A stretch of 64,000 nucleotides of DNA, taken from assembly GCA_038496445.1 (NCBI GenBank), contig JALMLS010000640.1, positions 95,135 to 159,134 of the forward strand, in the 5' to 3' direction. Below the pieces are notes generated by a model, which saw nothing but the letters and a program-made list of their open reading frames with translations, did not search any database and was not told the DNA's origin. Source of the DNA: Trichosphaerium sp. ATCC 40318. Taxonomy: Eukaryota > Protista > Tubulinea. Of this stretch, positions 36,375-48,527 are shown piece by piece; within the stretch, counting starts at the first letter, position 1, and every line of letters starts with the position of its first letter. The position numbers and the translations under genes are program-made.

Positions 36375-37907
36375 ATGGAAGAAAAAGACAAAGAAAATAC
36401 GAATATGCATGTATTCGACCTTACTGCACTACCAATCGAAGCAATAGTGCATATTCTGAAGCAAGGGACATACACGCTCCGATCAGCCCAAACATGCCAC
36501 CTTTTGCGAGATATTGTTCACAACCACGTTGGATACGGCCGTATCTACATCACAACTGAGAAAGAAGCTGGGTTGCTTGCAGGAAGTCCATTACTCCAGA
36601 ATACGACAATTGACTTACGCTATTGTGAGTCAGTAACAGATGAGGTCATTGAAGCATTGAATGGCGTACATAAAATCGTATTGCCAAACGCACATATAAC
36701 AGATGAGAGTATCAAAGCATTGGCGGGTGTACACACTATTGACCTGTATAAATGCAAATCAATAACAGATGAAGGCATTGCAGCATTGGTAGGTGTACAT
36801 GAAATTGGGTTATCATATACAAATGTTACAGACAAAGGATTGAAGGCGTTGGCAGGTGTACACACTATTAAATTAAATCAATGCAAATCAATAACAGATG
36901 AAGGTATCTCAGCATTATCAGGTGTACATGCTATCTATTTGCCTCAAACATCAGTAACAGATGAGGGTATCACTGCATTGGCAGGCGTACATACTATCGA
37001 TCTATCGTGCACAAGTATAGCAGATGGTATTACGGCATTGGCAGGTGTACATGAAATTGATTTATCACACACAAAAGTTACAGACAAAGGATTGAAGGCG
37101 TTGGCAGGTGTACACACAATCGACCTGTGCTTTTGTTCGTTAATAACTGATTCAGGCGTCGAGGCCTTGGCAGGTGTGCATGAGATTAATTTAGAAGCTA
37201 CAGAGATAACAGATGATAGCTTAAAGGCACTGACAGGTGTACACACAATCGGACTGAGTGATTGTGACTTTATAACGGGTGATGGCATTGCGGCATTGGC
37301 AGGTGTATATGAAATTGATTTATCATACACACGTGTATTAGATGAAGGTTTGATGGCATTGGCAGGTGTACATAAGATTGATTTAAAAGCTACAGAGGTA
37401 ACAGATGATGGCTTAAAGGCATTGACAGGTGTACACACTATCTGCTTAAGAAAGTGTGAGAGGATAACAGATGAGGGTATTAAGGCACTGGTAGGTGTGT
37501 ATGAAATTGATTTAACACACACACATGTATCAGATGAAGGTGTGAAGGCGTTGGCAGGTGTACATACTATCACCTTGAGCAGTTGTAAGTCAATAACAGA
37601 TAAAGGCATTACAGCATTGGCAGGTGTACATGATATAGATTTATCAAATACAAAGGTAACAGATGAAGGTTTGAAGGCGTTGGCAGGCATACATACTATT
37701 AATTTGGCGTGTTGTGAATCGATAACAGATTCCGGTATTGCAGCATTGGCAGGTGTACATGAGATTAATTTAGAATACACAAAAGTTACTGATGAAAGTG
37801 TTAAGGCACTCAAAGGTGTATATACCATCAAACTTGATGGCACTTCTGTGACAGCTGAAGTTGTTAAAGCTTTGAAGGGAGCCCACAAGGTTATTTACAG
37901 ACATTGA
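36375..37907 (+). CDS. Intronless F-box-like + ~20 LRR protein
   Basis: FDLTALPIEAIVHIL (F-box-like), TCHLLRDIVHNHVG...SPLLQNT, then about 20 mostly alternating 22/21-aa repeats VHxIxLxxC..ITDEGI.ALAG / VHxIxLxxT.VTD.GLKALAG. Confidence 0.9.
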   Translation: MEEKDKENTNMHVFDLTALPIEAIVHILKQGTYTLRSAQTCHLLRDIVHNHVGYGRIYITTEKEAGLLAGSPLLQNTTIDLRYCESVTDEVIEALNGVHKIVLPNAHITDESIKALAGVHTIDLYKCKSITDEGIAALVGVHEIGLSYTNVTDKGLKALAGVHTIKLNQCKSITDEGISALSGVHAIYLPQTSVTDEGITALAGVHTIDLSCTSIADGITALAGVHEIDLSHTKVTDKGLKALAGVHTIDLCFCSLITDSGVEALAGVHEINLEATEITDDSLKALTGVHTIGLSDCDFITGDGIAALAGVYEIDLSYTRVLDEGLMALAGVHKIDLKATEVTDDGLKALTGVHTICLRKCERITDEGIKALVGVYEIDLTHTHVSDEGVKALAGVHTITLSSCKSITDKGITALAGVHDIDLSNTKVTDEGLKALAGIHTINLACCESITDSGIAALAGVHEINLEYTKVTDESVKALKGVYTIKLDGTSVTAEVVKALKGAHKVIYRH

Positions 37908-38406
37908 CATCAAAAACAATTCGACACTCTTTATGTATACAGAGCTAGTTGAAGTTAGTTAAAACTTTCCTTTGTTTTAAAACCCACTAATAAACACCCA
38001 AACAAATTTCTGTCCAAGATGGCTACTAATTTGAGATACTGATTACACTTGTGTTACTTTAAAAAAGAAATGCACTGGACATTTGAACCTTACTGACACT
38101 TTTTTTAGACAAGACCTACTTTAAATCGTGGATTGATTATCAATAGATTCTTTGTAGAGATTGCTGACCAACAAGACAAAAGCACCTCACAAAGATTCGT
38201 ATATGAACCTTTCAAGTTGTGTATGTGACCCAGGTAGAGAAGGTGCATTTTGAATGTTCTCCATCATCCTACGTTTTCACTATAATGATTACATGTGGGA
38301 AAAATCAAATGATGATCATTAAGAACGTAGGAAGATGGCTCAATTCAATGAACTTAACTTGACTTGATACTGACTTTCCAACGTTTCCTGCTACACTGTA
38401 CAGCAG

Positions 38407-39417
38407 ATGGAGATTAACGCTGATGTTGTGTATCTTATATCAGAGTTTCTACCTATACAAGCGATTGTGAACTTCAGAATAACATCAACACAGTTTTGTT
38501 ACCTCCCATGGACAAAAAGGGATCTAAGACATAAAACTGTGTTTGATGGCTCCAAATACATGCATCCTGAACGCTCATTGGCTATTTTCATAAACGCGCC
38601 GTTAAAAACCCTAAAACTCCACTCGTTTACCATAGACCATAACTTACAGCGTGACGCAATACTCTCATGCTCTAAAACGCTTCAGCAAGTTCATTTAGCT
38701 TTTCTTCCTTCAAAAGGCGCAGAAGCGATAATAAAAGCGTTGGAGACGTGCACAAGCCTGAAGAGGCTCCATTTGTCTCCTCAGATTGGCCCAGAAGCTA
38801 AATCCATATTCACTATGCTGGCTTCTTCAACAGTTAATGTAGAACGACTGGTACTTTCAGAGTTTTTCTTTGGCTGGACGGCACTCCTCAGAATATTTAC
38901 GTCTAAATACGTATCTGTTGATATAACAGGTAATCCACAAACAGAAAAACCATTTCCGGATGCAATCACGTGTGTAGAAAAACGTGACGGATCGTTGCAA
39001 GTTTGTTTCTTTGAAATGAGACAATTCAATTATTCTGGAAAAGGTGGAGGCCGTCGTACTGGTAACAAGCTTCAACCTTGTTCGTTCTCAACAGGAGAGC
39101 GTCTTAAGGCTGATTATTATAAAGGCTCTATCAGTATTCACTCTCGGATTATAGAAGTAATGGAAGTCAACGCAGAAGGATATGAATCTATTCAATTTAA
39201 TGGAGAAATGAACACTTATAGGTTTTTCGATGAATACTCTCCACCTGCTCATCGAGGTCACCCCATATTTTATAGGCGTACTAGTACGCTTCCCACTATT
39301 GATCAATGTTTAGCAACAAATAGTCAAGCTTTTGCCGTTATATGGTGGTTTTCAGTAGAGGAAGAGGTAAGTGAGCCCAAGATTGTATGTCAAGTTAGCA
39401 TACCAGAAAATTGGTGA
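38407..39417 (+). CDS. Intronless F-box-like protein with degenerate LRR-like segments and an unknown C-terminal domain
   Basis: 336-aa single-exon ORF starting MEINADVVYLISEFLPIQAIVNFRITSTQF (F-box-like), with LKTLKL / LQQVHL / LKRLHL motifs. Confidence 0.65.
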   Translation: MEINADVVYLISEFLPIQAIVNFRITSTQFCYLPWTKRDLRHKTVFDGSKYMHPERSLAIFINAPLKTLKLHSFTIDHNLQRDAILSCSKTLQQVHLAFLPSKGAEAIIKALETCTSLKRLHLSPQIGPEAKSIFTMLASSTVNVERLVLSEFFFGWTALLRIFTSKYVSVDITGNPQTEKPFPDAITCVEKRDGSLQVCFFEMRQFNYSGKGGGRRTGNKLQPCSFSTGERLKADYYKGSISIHSRIIEVMEVNAEGYESIQFNGEMNTYRFFDEYSPPAHRGHPIFYRRTSTLPTIDQCLATNSQAFAVIWWFSVEEEVSEPKIVCQVSIPENW

Positions 39418-39583
39418 TTTTTTTCAAATGTCACAGTAGCTCATAACGAATAAAGAAGAACCCAAATATCCTCTAGTTGTTTACATATTTCCAAAAAAAA
39501 GCTTTAAAAGTCACGTGAAAACATCAAAGAAGCAGGTGGCTCACATGCCGTTCCATAACTGCTTTTTTGGATTTATTACTAAT

Positions 39584-40278
39584 TTAGAAGCCTTGTCCAG
39601 TAAAAGTTATCTCTTTTCCTGTTAGAGCATGGTCCGGTACAAGCATAAAGTTAGTAGTGAGCTGTTTAAGGACACCCTTTGCTACTTCTTCGGCCTTTAC
39701 CAAAAACTTATCATACTCAAGCCAATCGGCTTTTTTTCCATAATTTCCGTGGCTGCCTACAGCAAAAAAAAAAGTTGTCAAAAACCACTTCTGTTTTTAT
39801 TTCAGAACGTGCGTACCTCCTTTAAAAGTACCAACGAAGTTACCAGGTGGATCTTCATAGCCTATCAAACAAACAAGAAGTTACTGACCGGTCAGATTTG
39901 CTGAAAAATCCAAATACAAAGCAAGAGCTAGAATTTACCAGGAATGTTGAGTGGCATAGCAACTTCTGATGTTACGTATAATAATACTTCTTTAGTCTTA
40001 GATTCTCTTAACAGTACTATGAACGTATACTCACAGCGTCCACGGGCAGCTCTGTATCAACGGTGAGAAGAAAAAACGGTTTTACAGTAAAAAAACTTTT
40101 GTACTTTACTATGTTATCTAATGATAATATCTCAACATCACCACACGTGAATACTTCTCGCACGTGAGCCTTTGTTATAAGAGGACCCATTATACTTGTT
40201 ACAGTTATTGTTTCACTAAATAGCACGTGTTAAACCTTTAATTATTACAAAGGAAACAACAGGAGCGTACGCTGACAT
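39584..40278 (-). CDS. Hypothetical protein (multi-exon, boundaries uncertain)
   Basis: Several in-frame exon-like segments with GT-AG boundaries. No recognisable motif. Confidence 0.35.
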
Positions 40279-40483
40279 TGTAGTTTACAAAACAGTTACA
40301 AATTAAGTCAGAAGATGTTGTTCACATGATTGTCAAGTAAAAACTTAAAAAAGAAATCTCATTGCTTTCTCTCACTTGTATGGTTACTACGATTTTTCTG
40401 TTCGGGTTCTGCTAACTCCGTGAGATTTTAATGACAGGGAAAGTACTTTTTGAGACCAAGAAACTACTGTGAAGCTGTTGCTG

Positions 40484-43400
40484 TTATGACGTTTGTGCTT
40501 CCAGTTTTTGTTGAAGCTGTTTTTTTTTGGAGTATTTTATTTTACATTGAGTCACTCACTTCTATCGCTCTTTGAGCTACTCCTTCATCAGGTATATCTA
40601 CATATTGTTCTATACAATCTAATCTTTTACATACATCAGCCATACAAGGTCTTTTTGATGAATCAAGTTGCCAACAATCTGTCATTATATCAGCATATTG
40701 TTGTGGTGTCTTATTTATATCTATTGTTGAACAAAGTCCTGTATTTCTTATCTCTACAGCGAGAAGTAATAAATCCTGTTTATCAGGATATGGCTCCTCT
40801 TCATGAAATACCTCATACTAAGCAAGCATTACTTCAAAAAAAAACAGTTTCAAAGCAAGTGCACAAAACAACAAAACTTCAGCTCTTTTTTGTTGGTCTA
40901 CAGGAAAATCTTTGTCATTTACGGAACGTACCAAAACACTCGCAAATGCCCATACATCTGAGTCTTTAGAGTAAATACGTTTGAAGCACTCAGGAGCCAT
41001 CCATCTGAAATAAAAGTTAGAAGTGTTGTTACTGGAATATTAGTAAGCAAAAATAAGTAAGTGTACCTGACAGGTCCTACAGCGTTTGTTGTTACACCAT
41101 ATTCTTCAATACCAACAATCCTTGACATACCAAAATCGCTTATCTTTGGGTTTCTGTGTTCATCCAGCAAAACATTTCGTGCAGCCAAATCTCTGTTAAA
41201 GACATTAGCGATTAACAAATGTGAACAAAAAAAATTGAAATAGAGGTGCTTTTAATGTATTGTTGATAAGGAATAATTGAGTTATATCTTACCTGTGTAC
41301 AACATCACCATTATGCAGATGTAATAGACCTTGACCTATACCTCTAACAATGTTTTTTTTCTCATGCGGACTTAAAAAAATGTTTGGATCATTACTGAAT
41401 AATAACTTATCAAGAGATCCACCTTAAAACACGCAAACTATAAGATACAAACAGGATTAAATAACAAGAATATAACACGTACCCGATAAGTACTCTATAA
41501 CCAAGAGATAATCCGTCTTGTTCTTAACACTTGCTCCCAAAATCTAAGACTTTTTTAGAACATTCATTGCACGTGTTGTTTGTATTTCAAATACCTGTGT
41601 CACGTTCTTATGTGGTTTTAGTTCTACCATTACTTTGGCTTCTTCTAAGAACGTTTTACCAGCTCGAACATCCGCACAGTACTTGATAGCAACCTTAACA
41701 TCCTTGTACTGACCCATTAACACTATACCAAAACTTCCTAAATGTTTATTAACAACACAATGTGCCTTTTACTCAAATACCTTCTCCTAGCTTCTTTCCA
41801 AACTTTATCTTATCACAATCGAGTATCCACTCAGGATTAAGAATATTATCAAGAGCGCTAGATTGGCTGCTTTCTTATTGAAAAAAATCAGCAAAAAAAA
41901 TAAAAAAAATCAACCCTTCCACGTGCAGTTCACGTGAATTTTGAAGTTGAGTGAGAAATATAATTAGGAGTTTTTTGTTTGAAATTGTGATAGTAAGTTC
42001 ATTACCTTCGCTTATCATTGTATCATAGTTCTCTTTCATTTTTTTTTCCTTTTGTTTGGATCTCTTAGTTGTTTTTATTTCGCCACTACTATCTTCTTCT
42101 TCGACATTAACAGAAGAAACAGTACACTAAATCGGTAGTAAGTACTGTTATATCTTTTCTATTTGATACAACATACCCATAGGCAATACAACGCCCAGCA
42201 TCCACCAACTGCTGCACATACCACTAAAAGTAGTACAAATATGGTAACCCAAATATAGACTTCTCCATGGCTTCCTACCTTGGTTAGCTACAAAACTTTA
42301 CAATCTGCAACTTACCTTGTTTTTCGGGAATGTATACACTTCCTACGGGCTTCATGCAATTTGAGGTTGTTAAGTATTTCAAGTTATGAGTATTGTCCAG
42401 TAATACTGTTTCAACAAACTGTTGTTCTTTACGTCGGTCCAGAGTTACTATCTACAACAGTCTCAGTATGTTACATATGGTCACTTATACCGTACGTGTT
42501 TGCCAGTAGTAACGAAGATGATATCAGAATCAGGACTGGTAGTCTGAGAATATCATAAGCTGAACAGTGTTGAAAATAAGAAAAAGTGTTTTTTTGCCAC
42601 TGAAGAAAACTGTAAGTACCGCCAACCCCCAGCACGTCTCAAAAGCGTGCGTAGTATATAAAATATTTGAGTAACTAGATTCATTCACATGATATTGATA
42701 TATAGTCGCATAAGAGTTTGCACCAACACCACAATAAACAAACGTTTCTATATACAACAAAATTATCAAAAAAATGCAAAGCATAAGCAGCCACTGATTT
42801 TACGAACCTGAGCCTTGAATTCTGGTTACCCCTCGAATAGAGTTTTCAGCTTCATATACTTCTTCAGTAACCCCGTTGCGTATTACCTTATTCAATTATA
42901 AGTCTTTAGTGTCTCTTTTGTTGATATAGTGAATAGAATTCAATCACAGGAGCACTTATTTCTGCGGTTGTATAAAGCGTACCCACATCCCTTCTAGCCC
43001 TGTGATAACAATAGTATCCTCATTTATCCACTCAATATTGTGTATTGTATTCGTGCTATCTATACCAGTTTGAAACGCTATGAGCTTACGCACATCAATT
43101 AAGAAACAACACAAAAAAAAATAAGAAAAAAAATTGGTACGTACTGTGACGTTTGTTGTTATATCGAAAGTAATCAATTGATATGTCTTCCCGTGTGTTA
43201 AACAAAGTGATATCAAATGTGTATCGTTCGATCCTAACCCATGAAAACTATCACACCTAAAAAACAAAAAAAGTCAAAAAAAAAAAAAAAAAGAACACCA
43301 TTGCTAGTGTCAAGCAAACGAGGCGAAAAAAAAAGAGCTATCACGTGATTTTGAAAAAAAAACGTGATAAGAAAAACCTCTAATGCTAAACGAATTTGTG

Positions 43401-43852
43401 TTACGCACTCGGATGACTCTATCGGAACCCTGTCTGGGACAACAACATCATTGATAACTAATACAATCTCCGGTGGCTCAGTTTTGAGCAAATACAGCCG
43501 ATCTTTTACACTAAAATCAAATAAGCGCTTGCGTAACCTTCTACAACATCATTACGATGTAAATCCATTAATCGATGACATTGTCGATTTGTCCCATGCT
43601 CGAAAAGTAGTGCAGTTTGTAATGATATCATGTGATATGCTAGAATTCACGTGACATTGTTGTATGGTATGGTATCCCGTCGATTTTTGAACATCAACTG
43701 CACAAACAAGAGAAATTCAGTAATAAGACCTATAAAAGTTTTCTGTGTATCTTTATAAACTAACCTGCATAAAGACACTGCGTAGCACGTGCCGGTATTG
43801 TAAAAAAAACCACTATGCAAAAAAGTTGTAGTAAACGCCAATTGTTAGCCAT
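40484..43852 (-). CDS. Single-pass receptor-type tyrosine-kinase-like protein kinase
   Basis: Signal peptide (MANNWRLLQLFCIVVFFTIPARA), beta-rich ectodomain, TM (IWVTIFVLLLVVCAAVGGCW), then LGEGSFG, VAIK, HRDLAARNVLL, KISDFGMSR, GPVRWMAPE, SDVWAF, CWQLD..KRP. Confidence 0.85.
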
Positions 43853-44534
43853 TATTGTCTTGAAGCAATAAATATTGGCCTTTTCTGTTTGTGTATTGCT
43901 TTCGAAGATACAGTGAGAAGATGTTTAAAACGTTTCGTACTTTTGTGTTTCAAAAAATCTTGACTGGCGGATACTTTTTTGCTTAAAATCTAAGGTTGTG
44001 ATATCACTGATCTTAAGGGCTCGTGCCCTCCTTGGAAGTGCGCAAGATGATTACTAACAAGGCATTGCTAATGCTGTCAGAAGCTGAGCACTGTACCAGG
44101 CCGTACAAAAAAGTTGTGATTGGCTGTTCGTTTACACGTGGATATGACCCTCATACGCATGTGAACAAAGAACCGCCATTTGTATGTTCTTAGGTGGCAG
44201 AAAAAATTAGTCTAGCTCCGCGAGATTTTACATAGAACGTAATAGAAATAGAGGGCTATGTCTGAGAGTTACGTTAATGGTAATTTGACGCTATAGCGTT
44301 CACTGATCACGGGTTGTGGCTATTTCGTATCAAATTACTGTTAATGGATCATTCCATTTAGCATGTGTTTCGCTGCCTGTAATAAAGTAAGGACGCCTTA
44401 CATAACACAGTGTGTTGCACATAAGGTACAATGTGTATGGGTGCATTGTAGAGTATAACCAGCGGTGTGAAGTCACAAGGTGGCACTTAGGCTATCAAAT
44501 TAATTGAGTTTGTTATTTTTTTTTTTTACAAAAT

Positions 44535-46937
44535 TTATTCAATTAATACATCTTCAGACTCGACTTCTTTTTCCTCTTCTTCAACAGCAGGTTCTTCGCC
44601 ATCTCCATTTTCTTCTGGTTCAATCGTAGGTATCCCATCAGTCTCATCATTGTTCTTGTTTTCTTCAGTTTTGATAGTTTGTACTTCTTCAGTCTCTTTG
44701 TCATTTTGGTTTTCTTCTGTTAGTTCTGTCACAGCTTCAGGCTTTTTGATTTCTTCTGTTACGATGGTAGGTAAATCCTCGGTAGTTTTTGGTGCACGTT
44801 TTCTACGATATCTAGTAGGTAGTTTCCTTCCTTTAGGACCCTTAGGTCGTGCTCTCTGTACAACATCAAGGCGAGCTTTTATTGACACTTTTCCAAATTG
44901 AGGATCTTCGTAATAAGCTTGAGTAACTGCAGAGTCTTCCAAAGTATTGCTATCACTCTCATCATCTTCTTTATTACTTACAGAGACCCCAGAAGATCTT
45001 GGAGGCGGTGGACCACCAAACATACCCTTTGAAATGAAGTATAAGCGCACAAGCACAAACCCACAACTTTTGAAAAGAAAAAAAGAAAAACATTTTTTCC
45101 ACTTACACCTCTCATAAGCATGGCTGCGACATTCTTCCTCTTTTCATCCTTATCTGCTACAACAATTTTGATGGCACTCCTTTCTATTTTGTTCTCTTTC
45201 TTTTTCTGGTTTTCTTGTAGAGCTTTTAATTTTACAGCAATCGATCCATTCGACCTAGGCTTGACTGGTTCTTTTTCTGTCGCAGAAAAAAAAATTAGAG
45301 AAAAAACCTTAACGACTTCACAAGACAATTGACGTACTCTCTTCCTTAGCCTCATTTTGCTTCATTGTTTTCTCCCAACGTGAGCTTATTGGTACTGCAT
45401 TTGTATTAGATGTAGCTCTAGGGAATGAACTCACAGGTCTTGGAGGATCTTGTGATTTTTTTGATTGCATTGAAGCTTCCCATTTTGTTCCTAAACTTTG
45501 TAGCCTTGTTCTTGGTTGAGTAGGAGCCCTCGGTTTTGGTTGAGATTGAGTATTTGCCTTTGCCTCCCACATTGCAGCCAGTTTCTTAGCGTTAGACGCA
45601 CGTCTTTGTGGAGGTTTATCTGTTGTGTTGGAGGATGGTACAACTGTTGGTGTTGGTATTGGCTTTGGTTTTGGTTTTTCGATTGGTTTTGTTTTAACAT
45701 CTTCATCAACCTTTTCTACCTCATCCTTCTTTCCAACTTGTACTTGTTCTTTTGCTGATTCAGTAGTGGCTTTAGGTTCTTCTTCTTTTTTTACATCTTG
45801 GGAAATCTTTATATTCTTGAGTGGTGACTCCTGGTTGTAAAAAAAAGAATCATAAGTTTTGTGACACTTCTGATTTTTTTTTCGAATCGCTACGTACTCC
45901 TTTTTCGTTAATGGTAGCTGTTAAAAATTTTGTTATGTACATTGAATCTCTTAACTTAGCTTCCTGTCTTCTTGTTTTACGCTTCTCTTCTTCTTCAGCT
46001 TTAACTTGCCTTTAAAAAAAATGAAACAGTTAGAAACGCTACAATACCTCAAATGTCTTACTTTTCTAAAGATTCTAAGTCGACTTCTTTGCCACATACT
46101 GAAGTTGACAATTCAACTCTCCGCGTTGTTTCTTTCTCTTGTTCAGCCTTAGATAGTACCTAACATCGTTTAAATAAAAACCAAACAAGTGGGAGCGCGT
46201 ATGAAACGGTTTTTTTTCAAACAGCTGCTTACTTTTTCAGGCTTTTCACGACGCAAGCCGCTTGGTTTTGCAGCTTCCGACGCTCTCCTGAAGGGAACCC
46301 ATGACCAGGAACTAGATCTTCCAACTCCTTGCGCTTTATCTATAAAAAGTCTTAGCACAATAAAAATAACCGCTTGTCACGTGATAGTAATACGTCACAA
46401 CTTCTTTTTTTTTGAAAAAAAGTTTCGTGCACCTTTAGGAAGCATGTTGGGTCCAGAATTTGATAAACGAAATGCTCTACGTATAGAACTCATAGTGGTA
46501 GTTGTAACAGACTCATTTGGCCTAAGTTTGAGGGTAAACTTACAAAGTTTTTCAACTCAAATGTCAAAGCGTACGTCGGATCAGAAGGTTCTGTACAACA
46601 TCTACAACATACCCTTACTTTAGTCTTATAACCGAATTGTGGTAAAGGAATATAAAAACAAGCGCAATCACCACAAAAAATACCACCACACTTACGACAG
46701 TGATGCTATAATATAATTTTTAGTAAGGTTTAAAGATAAGAATTTGATGATTTCTTTAAAGAGTGGAATTCTCTCCAAATACGCACGCGTCTAACGAATA
46801 CACCAAAGGAAGAGCCACAGAACATACACTTATTAAAGTCCTTATTATCAAGCCATTCTGGCTTTACCTTTAAGCATAAATGTTAATTATTGCACGTGGA
46901 GGTCCTAACACGTGGTACTTACCTGCTTGGTGGCCAT
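44535..46937 (-). CDS. FYVE zinc-finger protein with coiled coil, low-complexity region and a capping-protein-interaction (CPI)-like motif
   Basis: MATKQ|VKPEWLDNKDFNKCMFCGSSFGVFVRR|HHCRKCGGIFCGDC...KVRVCCRC (WxxD-like, RRHHCR, RVC). C-terminal LDVVQRARPKGPKGRKLPTR. The FYVE exons are missed by the ORF track. Confidence 0.8.
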
Positions 46938-47057
46938 ACCTTACCTGCTGTGTTAAACAATATGCTCGTCAGTTAAGTGAATGTTAAGGTGATACCACGT
47001 TATATTACGGCATTATTGGTGGGTATTACCCCGACGTTTCTGCGTGTATGTTGCTGA

Positions 47058-48527
47058 TTAGATTTTTTTATTATTACAAGCACTATCCTTATCAGGAAGT
47101 ATAGATCCAGTTGGCAACTTATTATGCCTTTTCTTACTTTGTTTATGGTATCTAAAAGGAAGCATCTAATAAAAGTTAAAGGCGAATTTCTCCACGTGGG
47201 TCCAACCCAAAAAAAAAAAGCAAACTCTTTTAAGAGATAGACTTACCCAAACTCTCACAGGTCGTATAAGCAGTATCAGTCCAACTAATATAATGCAAAG
47301 TAATAGAGTACCGATTATGATACCTATCATGACACCAACACTAAGACCATCACCACAAGTATCAGTAACAGAGAAAACAAGAGCCACGCTAACAAAACGT
47401 GTTAAATCAAAATTCATCAACAAAAAAAACCCAGTCAAATCCACGTACCTCTCGCTACTGTAGTATTCACTTATTGAGGTTCTAGTACATTCAGAGTCTA
47501 TGCATTTATGTTAGACAGATTAGAAATTGGTGTATATAGTTGGTTACCATTTACAGCTTTAATGTTCGAGAAAGTGCCTTCACGACAACTAAATGTTAAT
47601 ATTTCTACTTTATCACCATCCTTAACACCGGCCAAGGAGACCTCCAAATCACCGCTCAACTTTGCACAACCTAGAACGTATTAAGACAGGCAAAACAGAC
47701 AAGCTAAGATCAAAAAACCTGGCACCAAACAAGAAAATGGTTATACCTTGTATTTCAATATTAGCATCTACTCTAACATTAACGTTGCTAATAGTAGCAT
47801 TACCAGCTATGAATACATCATTTACTAGAACTACTGATACAACACTAGCTGTATCATTTAAAACCCAAGTGCCATTTACACACTCTCCAATAGGTTCTCC
47901 TTCGCACTCAATAACAACCTGAGTAGGTGAAACACTTGGTGCAATTGTAGTTGGTGCACGTGTTGTCGGTACTTGTGTAGGTGATAGTGTGGGTTGCTCA
48001 GTTGGAGGCAACGAAGGTGGTACTGTTTTTGGTATGATTGTTGGAGGTGGAGGCGGAGGTAGAAAGCCTGTAACGAAGAAAAGTTTATAAGCAATTTTTT
48101 CGAATTTGACTTTTCGGAAAACGTTTTACGTACCTGAACACTCTCGAGTATCATTCCAAGCCCGACAATCTAATTTAGAACTTATGTAGCATAGTTTACA
48201 TACGGGTTCTGCTGAGTTACACGCGTCTTCTGATTTTAAATGATTGCAAAGCGTAACAGAAGGCTGAACTGGTGCTAAGGTGAGTATAGCACGTATCAGC
48301 TGTTTTACGACAAAATCGCGTACAGAATAAAATTCTAAAAGTAGACACGCACCACAGTCTTGATCTGAGTTCGATTGTACACATATATTATTGTTACACC
48401 ACTGACATGACTCTCCGTCCATCAACGTTTTTTGTAAGCAAGTTGAAACGCTATCAGCATCAATACAGCTACAAAGCACGCTTGTCGTTGCTAGAAGCAC
48501 AAACAACGCTATGTTACAAAAAAGCAT
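47058..48527 (-). CDS. Type I membrane protein: signal peptide, Cys-rich modules, Pro/Thr stalk, TM helix
   Basis: MLFCNIALFVLLATTSVLC, CQWC/CKLC motifs, PTxxPT stalk, TM GVMIGIIIGTLLLCIILVGLILLI, short basic tail. Confidence 0.7.

Noticed and set aside
36620-37888. Long antisense ORFs over the LRR genes (also 9593-9838, 28311-28916) and the MORN gene
   Set aside because: They are shadow frames of repetitive sense-strand codons and show no independent coding signal.
36600-37890. Regularly spaced near-identical DNA repeats with variable spacers, resembling a CRISPR array
   Set aside because: The units are in-frame 63/66-nt coding LRRs in a eukaryotic gene, and there are no cas genes.
38200-38270. 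EGF-like fragment CVCDPGREGAF
   Set aside because: A single short broken motif with no supportable gene model.
9339-39417. Endogenous giant-virus insertion
   Set aside because: No viral hallmark genes (capsid, packaging ATPase, PolB, primase) are present. The virus-like repeat genes are single and interleaved with intron-rich host genes.
46916-46947. TACTTACCTG, identical to the U1 snRNA 5' end, with ATTGCAC nearby
   Set aside because: It is the reverse complement of the CAG|GTAAGTA donor of FYVE-gene exon 1. U1 stem-loops and the Sm site are not in the right order.
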